From Clostridia bacterium (GTDB lineage Bacteria > Bacillota > Clostridia > UBA1381): a DNA stretch of 52,238 nucleotides. The translations under genes and the position numbers were made by a program. Of this stretch, positions 37,324-45,446 are shown one piece after another (position 1 is the first letter of the stretch; the number at the start of each line of letters is the position of its first letter). The notes below the pieces were generated by a model. It was not told the DNA's origin. It saw only the letters and a program-made list of their open reading frames with translations, and did no database searches. Location: the NCBI GenBank assembly GCA_036310525.1, contig JAXJRQ010000166.1, positions 1-52,238 on the forward strand, written 5' to 3'.

Positions 37324-38982
37324 ATGGACAATTTAAACAGACTATGTAAAGGATGCATGCAGTTTACTGCCGAAAATGGCGTCTGCCATGCGTGCGGATT
37401 CAACGAACACACACATAATCCACTGCCGCATCATCTAAAACCCGATACAATTCTTGGCGGAAAATATATTCTCGGCAGAAAAATCGGTGAAGGCGGTTTC
37501 GGAATTACTTATATGGGACTTGACCTTAATCTTAATATGCGTGTTGCAATCAAGGAATACTTCCCGTCGGGATGCGTGACACGTAACACCGATGTTTCCA
37601 ATACGATAACCGTTTTTGACGGTGAGCCTTTGAAGATGTTTGAGCACGGACGTGACAAATTTATTGAAGAAGCAAGAACAATCGCACAGTTTCAGGACAG
37701 TGACGGTATTGTTTCGGTCAAGGACTTTTTCCTCGAAAATGGAACAGCTTATATTGTAATGGAATATCTTGACGGCGAAAACCTCAAGGATTTTCTTGCA
37801 AAGAGAGGCGGAAAAATAAGTGTTGACGAAGCATTAAAAATGGTACGACCTATTTTATCGTCACTTTATCAGCTCCACAAAAACGGACTTATTCACCGTG
37901 ACATAAGTCCCGATAATATTATGATTACCAAAAAGGGCAAGGTTAAGCTGATAGATTTCGGTGCGGCACGAGATGTTAATATCAACAAGAGCCTTTCTAT
38001 TCAGCTAAAACCCGGCTATGCTCCTGAAGAGCAGTACAGAACTCACGGCAAACAGGGTGCATGGACTGATGTTTATGCTCTTTGCGCAACTATCTACAGA
38101 ATGATTACGGGAATAGTTCCCGAAGAATCAAACGAGCGCCTGATTGAGGACCATTTAAAGACCCCTTCATCCATGGGTATTAATATCCATCCGCAGACAG
38201 AACAATTGCTTATGCAGGGACTGGCAGTGAGGTATACGGAAAGAGTGCAGAATATAGAAACGCTTTATAATGCATTTTATAAAGGTGCTTCTGCACCTGC
38301 TTCAAGAGGTTTTTCGCAACCACCTCAGCCTGTATCCATAAATAATACACCGCAAAAAAGTAAGTGGTTTGCTATTTCGCTTATCTTGGCAGGCTGTGCA
38401 GTTCCACTTTTGCTTGTTGTTGTGATTTTTGCCACAATCAGCGTGTACAATGCAAACAACACTCCTGACCCGACTATTGAGCCAATCAGTACAGTTATCC
38501 CTGCAACGGAAGCCCCGGCAACTCCTGCACCGACACCGGTACCTTTGCCGCCACGTCAGGATTTGTACAATGCCTCATATACATACAAGCGTATGAGTGA
38601 AATACATTCTTCATATCTTGCAAGTGATGAAGAATTTTATGAGCTCAGAGAAACAATTCTTGATTTTAATTATAAATGTACAGACTACATAAATAACGGA
38701 AATATGTCTGTGTTTATGTATTTAAGACCCGACACAACCGCATATAATCAGCAAACTAAGTATAAGAAGGACCATCCCACTCTTCGTGAGGTGCTTAATA
38801 ATGTCGATGTTATAAATGCGCGTTATGACGGAAGATGGTACTATTTATGGGTTGCTGAGAACAAAACCGTTACGGAAAACGGCACATCAAAAACAAAAAC
38901 AGACCACTGGGTTTATAAGCTTGAAAGAACAAATACGGGCTTCGTTATTTTAGACTACACCTACGACCCCGCATTTACCTGA
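37324..38982 (+). CDS. Hanks-type Ser/Thr protein kinase 1: Zn-ribbon + kinase + TM + unassigned ectodomain
   Basis: CKGC..x12..CHAC ribbon. Kinase motifs GEGGFG, VAIKEY, HRDISPDN, DFG and YAPEE. TM WFAISLILAGCAVPLLLVVVIFATISVY, a Pro/Thr linker and a 142-aa C-terminal domain. Start at ATG 37324 (AAGAGG RBS). Confidence 0.9.
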   Translation: MDNLNRLCKGCMQFTAENGVCHACGFNEHTHNPLPHHLKPDTILGGKYILGRKIGEGGFGITYMGLDLNLNMRVAIKEYFPSGCVTRNTDVSNTITVFDGEPLKMFEHGRDKFIEEARTIAQFQDSDGIVSVKDFFLENGTAYIVMEYLDGENLKDFLAKRGGKISVDEALKMVRPILSSLYQLHKNGLIHRDISPDNIMITKKGKVKLIDFGAARDVNINKSLSIQLKPGYAPEEQYRTHGKQGAWTDVYALCATIYRMITGIVPEESNERLIEDHLKTPSSMGINIHPQTEQLLMQGLAVRYTERVQNIETLYNAFYKGASAPASRGFSQPPQPVSINNTPQKSKWFAISLILAGCAVPLLLVVVIFATISVYNANNTPDPTIEPISTVIPATEAPATPAPTPVPLPPRQDLYNASYTYKRMSEIHSSYLASDEEFYELRETILDFNYKCTDYINNGNMSVFMYLRPDTTAYNQQTKYKKDHPTLREVLNNVDVINARYDGRWYYLWVAENKTVTENGTSKTKTDHWVYKLERTNTGFVILDYTYDPAFT

Positions 38983-39004
38983 TAAAAAGGAGAGTATACA
39001 CACG

Positions 39005-40663
39005 ATGAAAGATATTAGTACACTTTGTACAGCCTGTATGCAGGATAAAGGAGACGCTGTTATCTGTCCGCATTGCGGATACAACAGCAACGCCGAAACT
39101 CCGGCACATCATCTTAACCCCGGTACAATTCTTAACGGAAAATACTGGGTCGGAAACGCAATTGGTGAAGGAGGTTTCGGAATTACATATATAGGCTATA
39201 ACCTCAATCTTGAAATCAAGGTTGCGATTAAGGAATACTTCCCTAACGGACTTGTTTCAAGAGACACGACAAACACCGATACAGTAACGATTTTTTCAGG
39301 CTCTACACAGCAGATGTATGAGCAGGGACGTGATAAATTTGTCAATGAAGCAAAAGCACTTGCAAAATTTGATAATCTTGAGGGTATAGTTTCCGTAAAG
39401 GACTTTTTCATGGAAAACGGAACGGCGTATATCGTAATGGAATATGTTGAAGGCGAAACCTTAAAATCCTTCCTCAAGAGAAACGGCGGTAAAATAGCAC
39501 CTGAAAACATGTTTGTGATGGTGAAGCCGCTTATGAAGTCACTTGCCGAAGTTCATAAAAAGGGACTTATTCACCGTGATATAAGTCCGGATAATATTAT
39601 GATTACAACCGATTCAAAGGTAAAGCTTCTTGATTTCGGTGCGGCACGTGACATAAGCGCAAACGGAAATAAAAGTCTTTCCATACAGTTAAAGCCGGGC
39701 TATGCACCCGAAGAGCAATACAGAACTCACGGCAAGCAAGGGCCGTGGACGGACGTCTATTCCCTTTGTGCAACAATATACCGTGCAATCACAGGAGTAC
39801 AGCCTATTGAATCGCTAGAAAGAATTCAAAGCGACGCACTCAAAAAGCCTTCCGAGCTCGGAGTTATGATAGACCCCGTAAAAGAAAATGCACTTATGAA
39901 CGGTATGGAGGTTTTTGCTGACAGAAGATTTCAGAGCGTAAGCGCACTGTACAATGCATTGTTCGGCGAATATTCACCAACGTCAGGCGCAGTTTACAAC
40001 GTACCGCCGCAGACTAACGTACCTCCCGCTCCGCCCGTAAATACTGCACCCGTATACACACCCAAAAAGCCAAATATGGCTTTAATTGCCGCCGCAGCGG
40101 CAGGTGCATTCGTGGTGATGTGCATAATCGTGACGGCAGTTCTGGTAACGGGAAGCTTAAAAAGCAGCAACAATTCCATACAGGAGGTTACGGCTACGCC
40201 CGCAACGCCTGCACCGACCGAAGTACCCGTTCCCGTATTTACGAAGCTTGAAGCCTCCTCAACACGAGGTACGGATATGACATCGGGTGCTCCCGTTGAG
40301 TATTTTCCGGCATACGCAATGGACGGAAATTATGCCACAACATGGTCACCGAACAGAAACGTAAGCCTTACACCTACACTTACACTGCTTGCAGACACAA
40401 AGCAGTACGTGACAGGTATAAAAATGGCAAACGGATATTTCAAGTCGGAAGAAACCTACAGACGAAACAGACGTATCACAAAGGTAACGATTGAGTATGA
40501 GGGCGGTCAGACAACCCGAAACTTCGGAATTGACCAGTACAGAATCATGCAGGATATACGCTTTGACGTACCCGTTATGACTTCATACATAAAAATCCAC
40601 GTCCTTGATACGCACTACGGCGACTGGAAGGATATATGTATCAGCGAAATTGAGGTTTACTAA
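39005..40663 (+). CDS. Hanks-type Ser/Thr protein kinase 2: Zn-ribbon + kinase + TM + discoidin-like (F5/8 type C-like) ectodomain
   Basis: CTAC..x12..CPHC ribbon. The kinase core is highly similar to kinase 1, including HRDISPDN. The ectodomain reads AYAMDGNYATTWSPN...ITKVTIEY...YIKIHVLDTHYGDWKDICISEIEVY, resembling discoidin/glycan-binding jelly-rolls. Exactly 552 aa, the same as kinase 1. Confidence 0.9.
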   Translation: MKDISTLCTACMQDKGDAVICPHCGYNSNAETPAHHLNPGTILNGKYWVGNAIGEGGFGITYIGYNLNLEIKVAIKEYFPNGLVSRDTTNTDTVTIFSGSTQQMYEQGRDKFVNEAKALAKFDNLEGIVSVKDFFMENGTAYIVMEYVEGETLKSFLKRNGGKIAPENMFVMVKPLMKSLAEVHKKGLIHRDISPDNIMITTDSKVKLLDFGAARDISANGNKSLSIQLKPGYAPEEQYRTHGKQGPWTDVYSLCATIYRAITGVQPIESLERIQSDALKKPSELGVMIDPVKENALMNGMEVFADRRFQSVSALYNALFGEYSPTSGAVYNVPPQTNVPPAPPVNTAPVYTPKKPNMALIAAAAAGAFVVMCIIVTAVLVTGSLKSSNNSIQEVTATPATPAPTEVPVPVFTKLEASSTRGTDMTSGAPVEYFPAYAMDGNYATTWSPNRNVSLTPTLTLLADTKQYVTGIKMANGYFKSEETYRRNRRITKVTIEYEGGQTTRNFGIDQYRIMQDIRFDVPVMTSYIKIHVLDTHYGDWKDICISEIEVY

Positions 40664-40684
40664 TCATCGGAAAGGATGATATTT

Positions 40685-41464
40685 ATGATAACAAAACAGA
40701 CAATTAATATGGACGACAGTCCGCATCTGATAACGCCCTATAACGCACAGCACATCGGCAGACGTGATGAACAGCAGGACTACTTTGCGTTTTCGGACAT
40801 ATACAACGCCGAGGAATACAACCGCATAGGTGCACTTGCAATTCTTGCGGACGGAATGGGCGGTCTTGAGGGCGGAAGACTTGCAAGCCGCACTGCAACA
40901 GAGGTTTTTCTCGATATTTATACAAACTGCGAAAGTGAAATTCCCGATATTGACGAAAGACTTGTCTATGCCGCAAAAAAAGCAAATGACGCTGTTGTAA
41001 AGCTTGACGGTGCAGGTACAACGCTGTGTGCAATTGTGATTAAGGATTCACAGCTTCACTGGCTCTCTGTCGGTGACAGCAGAATATATCTTTACCGCAA
41101 CGGCACTCTTCGCCGTCTGAACAAGGAGCATAACTACGAAAATGTGCTTAATGAAAAGGTTGAAAGCGGTGAGATTTCATTGTCGGAAGCGGTAAATGAC
41201 CCAAACCGTGCCGCACTCACAAGCTACATCGGCATTGATGAGCTTGATGAAATTGATATAAACACCGATATTTTTCCGCTGTTTAAGGGTGATTCGGTCA
41301 TGATGTGCTCGGACGGTCTTTACAGAACGCTTTGTGATGAGGAAATGGCATACATCGTGAAAAATGCAGAAGAGGACGTATGTGATTTTCTTATAAGCAA
41401 GGCACTTGAGAAAAATATCGAAACACAGGACAACATTACCGTGGTATTGATGGACGTAGACTGA
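40685..41464 (+). CDS. PP2C (PPM) family Ser/Thr phosphatase 1
   Basis: RDEQQDYF, ILADGMGG, GTTLCAIVI, VGDSRIYLYRNG, MMCSDGL and DNITVVLMDV. Start chosen at ATG 40685 (GGAAAGGA RBS). Confidence 0.85.
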   Translation: MITKQTINMDDSPHLITPYNAQHIGRRDEQQDYFAFSDIYNAEEYNRIGALAILADGMGGLEGGRLASRTATEVFLDIYTNCESEIPDIDERLVYAAKKANDAVVKLDGAGTTLCAIVIKDSQLHWLSVGDSRIYLYRNGTLRRLNKEHNYENVLNEKVESGEISLSEAVNDPNRAALTSYIGIDELDEIDINTDIFPLFKGDSVMMCSDGLYRTLCDEEMAYIVKNAEEDVCDFLISKALEKNIETQDNITVVLMDVD

Positions 41465-41491
41465 TACCGCATTAGCGAAACGGAGAAAATA

Positions 41492-42586
41492 ATGAAAAAG
41501 AAATTATTTGCATTTATAATAACCGTACTGTTGATTTGTATTGAAGCATGCTGCGTTTATGCATCAGATGCTCCCCGTGCGGTAAAAAACGCTGCAAAAT
41601 CGGCAGTTGAGCTTAGTGTCAATACAAGCTTCGGTACAAAAACAGTAACAGCCTTTGCAGTAAACAAAGGCAGTAAAACCAAATATCTCGTTACAAACCT
41701 CTGGGCAATCGAGGGTTATACGGGAGATATTATTGTAAATTCAGGAAACGACGAAACAATAACTGCGACAGTCATTGCGACTGATGAAGTTAAAAATATT
41801 GCGGTTCTTGAATTATCAGGCACGCCTGATGGTGTTAAAAACATAAAAATCAAGGTTACGGATGCCGAAACAGAAACAGAGGTATATACACTCGGTTTTG
41901 CGGCAAAGGACAACGAAGAAACGATTTTTTCAGGTAATATACAGTCATTAAATTTATTTACATCGGGAAATATGTCAGCAGACATTTATCAGGTAAGTGC
42001 TACAGTAAATGACACAAACAACGGCGGTATGCTTCTTGATAAAAACGGAAACCTTCTCGGTTTATGCTTTTATGACGGAAACGCCGACATAAACAAGGCA
42101 ATTACCTCAAAAACAATTGCAGACGTGCTTGACAATCATGACATCGGCTATAAAAAGGCAACTCTTTTGTATCTCTTTATCACAATTTTCATAGTTTTGG
42201 CACTTATTGCATTTGCAGTATGGAGAGTGCTGGAGTTTTTAAAGAGCAAGCGTGAAAATTCACCAATGCTAATCGGAAAAAGCGGTGATTTCCGTTCACA
42301 GAGGATTATTCTTACCTCGGAAAACATCTGCATAGGCCGTGACGCAAAAGCCTGTCAGGTGGTTATAACGAACGACCCAAAGGTGAGCAGATGCCACTGC
42401 AGTATACATTATGATAAATTGAAAAATCTTTTTGTGCTGACGGATTTATCCTCTACACACGGAACATTCATAAACGGCTCAAAAAAGCTTGAAGCAAATG
42501 TTCCCGTATACCTTAATTCAGGCTCAGCATTTTCACTCGGCGGAAATTCAACTGAATTTATTGTAAGCGAAGGAGGGATGCTCTGA
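41492..42586 (+). CDS. Signal peptide + trypsin-like (S1C-like) ectodomain with substituted triad + TM + cytoplasmic FHA
   Basis: The Trypsin_2-like block order is conserved, but TNLW replaces TNaH, NIAVLEL replaces DiAvLk, and TNNGGML replaces GnSGGpl. TM LLYLFITIFIVLALIAFAVW. FHA motifs GRDAKACQVVI..VSRCHCSI..STHGTFINGS. Confidence 0.75.
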   Translation: MKKKLFAFIITVLLICIEACCVYASDAPRAVKNAAKSAVELSVNTSFGTKTVTAFAVNKGSKTKYLVTNLWAIEGYTGDIIVNSGNDETITATVIATDEVKNIAVLELSGTPDGVKNIKIKVTDAETETEVYTLGFAAKDNEETIFSGNIQSLNLFTSGNMSADIYQVSATVNDTNNGGMLLDKNGNLLGLCFYDGNADINKAITSKTIADVLDNHDIGYKKATLLYLFITIFIVLALIAFAVWRVLEFLKSKRENSPMLIGKSGDFRSQRIILTSENICIGRDAKACQVVITNDPKVSRCHCSIHYDKLKNLFVLTDLSSTHGTFINGSKKLEANVPVYLNSGSAFSLGGNSTEFIVSEGGML

Positions 42587-43302
42587 TGCATATTGCAAGA
42601 ATAAGCGGTAAGGGCGGACGTGAGAAAAACGAAGACGCAATCGGACGTCTGAGAAAGGACGGAATGTATTGCTTTGTGCTTGCAGACGGTCTGGGAGGTC
42701 AGGGCAGTGGCGAGGTTGCTTCAGCACTTGCCGTAAAGACTGTGCTTGAATGCTTTGATGCCCATGCCGAGGTTTCGGAGGAAATCATTTATGCCTATAT
42801 CGAAGCGGCACAGAACGCCATCATAGAAGCACGGCTTGAAAATCCACGCTATGCCGATATGGGCACAACCATAACGGTACTTCTTACAGACGAAAAGAAT
42901 GCAGTCTGGGCACACTGCGGTGACAGCCGTATTTACCGTTTCAGGAAAAACAAAATACAGGAAATCACAGACGACCACTCTGTAGCCTTTGCATCATTTT
43001 TAGCAAAGGAAATCAGCTATAACGAAATTCGCACAAGTCCCGACCAGAACAGACTTTTACGCTCATTAAGCGACGGAAGTAAATTCCGTCCCGATATTTC
43101 TGAGCTTATAAAGGTGGATAAGAAAACCGCATTCCTCATGTGCAGTGACGGTTTCTGGGAGTATGTTGACGAGGATTATATGGAGTATACCATAAAAAAG
43201 GCACGCTCTCCCAAAGAATGGCTTGAAGATATGCTCGATGAACGGGCAAGACTTGCTCCTCCCGATGCAGACAACTTCAGCGCTATTGTAGTATTTATCT
43301 GA
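42586..43302 (+). CDS. PP2C (PPM) family Ser/Thr phosphatase 2
   Basis: NEDAIG, VLADGLGG, GTTITVLL, CGDSRIYRF, LMCSDGFW and DNFSAIVVFI. The ATG shares one base with the upstream TGA (TGATG). Confidence 0.85.
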   Translation: MHIARISGKGGREKNEDAIGRLRKDGMYCFVLADGLGGQGSGEVASALAVKTVLECFDAHAEVSEEIIYAYIEAAQNAIIEARLENPRYADMGTTITVLLTDEKNAVWAHCGDSRIYRFRKNKIQEITDDHSVAFASFLAKEISYNEIRTSPDQNRLLRSLSDGSKFRPDISELIKVDKKTAFLMCSDGFWEYVDEDYMEYTIKKARSPKEWLEDMLDERARLAPPDADNFSAIVVFI

Positions 43303-43364
43303 TAATATGTAAATTTTGCAGAGTATTCTGCTTTAATTGTAAAAACGAAAGGAAATGATTAATT

Positions 43365-43949
43365 ATGTCAATGAAAAGATGCAATAACGGACACTTCTAT
43401 GATGATGCAAAGCATCCGTCATGCCCATACTGCGGTATATCCGATATGGACGCTTCAAAAACAATGCCTATTATAGCTCCGGCTTCAAGCGCACCCAAGG
43501 CGCAGGAAACAATAGGCCGCACAGTTGCAATGGCTCCGCAGGAGAGTGCGCCCGGACGTACCTCTGCCGCTGATGAGGGAAAAACCGTTGCAATCATGAA
43601 AAAGGAAAAAGGAATTGACCCCGTTGTAGGCTGGGTTGTTTGTATAGAAGGCCCCTCAAAGGGTCAGGATTACCGCATAAAATCAGAGCGTAATTTCATC
43701 GGCAGAGACTCGTCGATGGACATCGTTATAAGCGGTGATAACACTATTTCAAGAGAAAACCACGCAAGCATCAGCTACAACCCGAAAAACAGCAGTTTCA
43801 GACTGCTCCCCGGTGACAGCCACGGTCTTGTTTACCTTAACGATGAAGATATATATACTCCCACCGAGCTCAAAAAGGGCGATATAATCGAGCTTGGCGA
43901 AACAAAGCTGATATTTGTTCCGTTATGCGAGGGCGGCTTCACATGGTAA
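43365..43949 (+). CDS. Cytoplasmic Zn-ribbon + disordered linker + FHA protein
   Basis: N-terminal CNNGH...CPYCG, an Ala/Pro/Ser/Thr-rich linker, and FHA motifs GRDSSMDIVI...ISRENHASI... Confidence 0.8.
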   Translation: MSMKRCNNGHFYDDAKHPSCPYCGISDMDASKTMPIIAPASSAPKAQETIGRTVAMAPQESAPGRTSAADEGKTVAIMKKEKGIDPVVGWVVCIEGPSKGQDYRIKSERNFIGRDSSMDIVISGDNTISRENHASISYNPKNSSFRLLPGDSHGLVYLNDEDIYTPTELKKGDIIELGETKLIFVPLCEGGFTW

Positions 43950-45412
43950 AAAAACTAAGTATTCTTCTTTGTGCTCTTTTGTGCGCCGTTTCAGTGTCCG
44001 TATCAGCAAATGAGCTGTATTTTGCGGATGTTTTGCAGATGCACTGCTTTTCGGACATTATGCGCACATACGTTGAACTGAGCGATAAAAACTCAAGTCC
44101 CATAGAAAAACCCTCACGTGCGGATGTTGTCGGATATATTGACGGCGTAACGCTTACAACACAAAGCATAAACCGCTTTGGTGATACCGGTGAGGGTACT
44201 GCCGACATATTTCTTGTGGATGTATCAGGCTCAATTAAAAACGCACAGCTTGATAAGGTAAAGAGTGCAATCAAAACATGGGCATCAAACATGAAACCCA
44301 ATGACAGAATTGCTGTCGTTTCTTTTGGTGATTCAATTGAAACTCTGACGGATTTTTCAGGAGATATAAACGCTGTATCCGCCGCCGCTGACAAGCTCAC
44401 AAATCACGGCAGTAAAACACAGCTCTACGGCGGTATTTCACACGCTGTTAAGCTTGCATCAAGAAATGATACAGACTTACCCAAACGCAAAAATATCATT
44501 CTTATAACCGACGGCGTTAATGACTCAAACGGCGGAATAAGTGAAAATGATATGCTCAAAGAACTGAAAACTGCGCTTGTTCCCGTTTACAGTCTGTGGA
44601 TGTCAAACAGCCGTGCCAATAATTCAAAGGGCAGATCAACACTTAATTCTGTTACCGATTATTCGGGCGGAAGAATATATGATATGTCTGATAAGAGTAT
44701 TGAAACCGTATACGGTTGGGTAAAAGACAATATCAACAACTCCTATACCGTTGATTTTGCCTATAACGGCACTGTACCCGATAACAACATTCATAAATTC
44801 AGCATCAAGGTTGCTCAAAACGGAAGGATTTTTGAGGACAGCGTTGATTTTACAATGAAAAAAAGCGAAGAAAGCTCGCACACATACTCCGTTTCAGCTA
44901 CACAAGATGAAGAAACGGACGAAAAAAGTAATATCGGATTTATTCTCATTATAGTTCTGATTGCGGCATTGGTTGCCGGTGCAGCTGTTGCGCTTATCAT
45001 CATTATACGCAACAAAAATAATACGGATGAGTATATTTATCCTATATCCTCCAGCGATTACACTCCGCAAGACGACACAGGAAGCAAAACAATCAATGCT
45101 GACTACACTGCAGCCGTACATAGCACAAATAATGTGGTTTTTGTTTCAATGCGTACAGGAAAAAGAAACAGTATAAGCATTTCGGGAAGCATATTGGCAG
45201 GCAGAAGCGGTCAGTGCGATTTTATTATTGAAAATGATACCGTTTCGGGTAATCATGCAGTAATAACTCTTGCAAACGAAAAGCTGTATGTTGAAGATAT
45301 GACCTCAGCAAACGGAACATTCGTCAACGGCAGAAAAACAAACGGAATTACCGAATTGAAAAACAACGATATTGTTATGTTTGGTAATGAAGAATATAAA
45401 GTAAACTTCTGA
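43943..45412 (+). CDS. Signal peptide + vWA ectodomain (intact MIDAS) + TM + cytoplasmic FHA
   Basis: Signal MVKKLSILLCALLCAVSVSVSA. MIDAS elements DVSGS...GSKTQ...ITDG. TM IGFILIIVLIAALVAGAAVALIIII. FHA motifs GRSGQCDFII..VSGNHAVI..SANGTFVNG. The ATG lies inside the last codons of the upstream gene (7-nt overlap). Confidence 0.85.
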   Translation: MVKKLSILLCALLCAVSVSVSANELYFADVLQMHCFSDIMRTYVELSDKNSSPIEKPSRADVVGYIDGVTLTTQSINRFGDTGEGTADIFLVDVSGSIKNAQLDKVKSAIKTWASNMKPNDRIAVVSFGDSIETLTDFSGDINAVSAAADKLTNHGSKTQLYGGISHAVKLASRNDTDLPKRKNIILITDGVNDSNGGISENDMLKELKTALVPVYSLWMSNSRANNSKGRSTLNSVTDYSGGRIYDMSDKSIETVYGWVKDNINNSYTVDFAYNGTVPDNNIHKFSIKVAQNGRIFEDSVDFTMKKSEESSHTYSVSATQDEETDEKSNIGFILIIVLIAALVAGAAVALIIIIRNKNNTDEYIYPISSSDYTPQDDTGSKTINADYTAAVHSTNNVVFVSMRTGKRNSISISGSILAGRSGQCDFIIENDTVSGNHAVITLANEKLYVEDMTSANGTFVNGRKTNGITELKNNDIVMFGNEEYKVNF

Positions 45413-45446
45413 TATTTTCAAAAATCCGGAAAGGAAAAATTCACTA

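Noticed and set aside
37324-40663. Annotating the kinases as PrkC/PknB orthologs and the PP2Cs as PrpC/Stp
   Set aside because: There are no PASTA repeats in either ectodomain, and the canonical rsmB-rlmN-prpC-prkC-rsgA context is absent. The N-terminal Zn-ribbon and the HRDISPDN loop differ from PrkC-type kinases.
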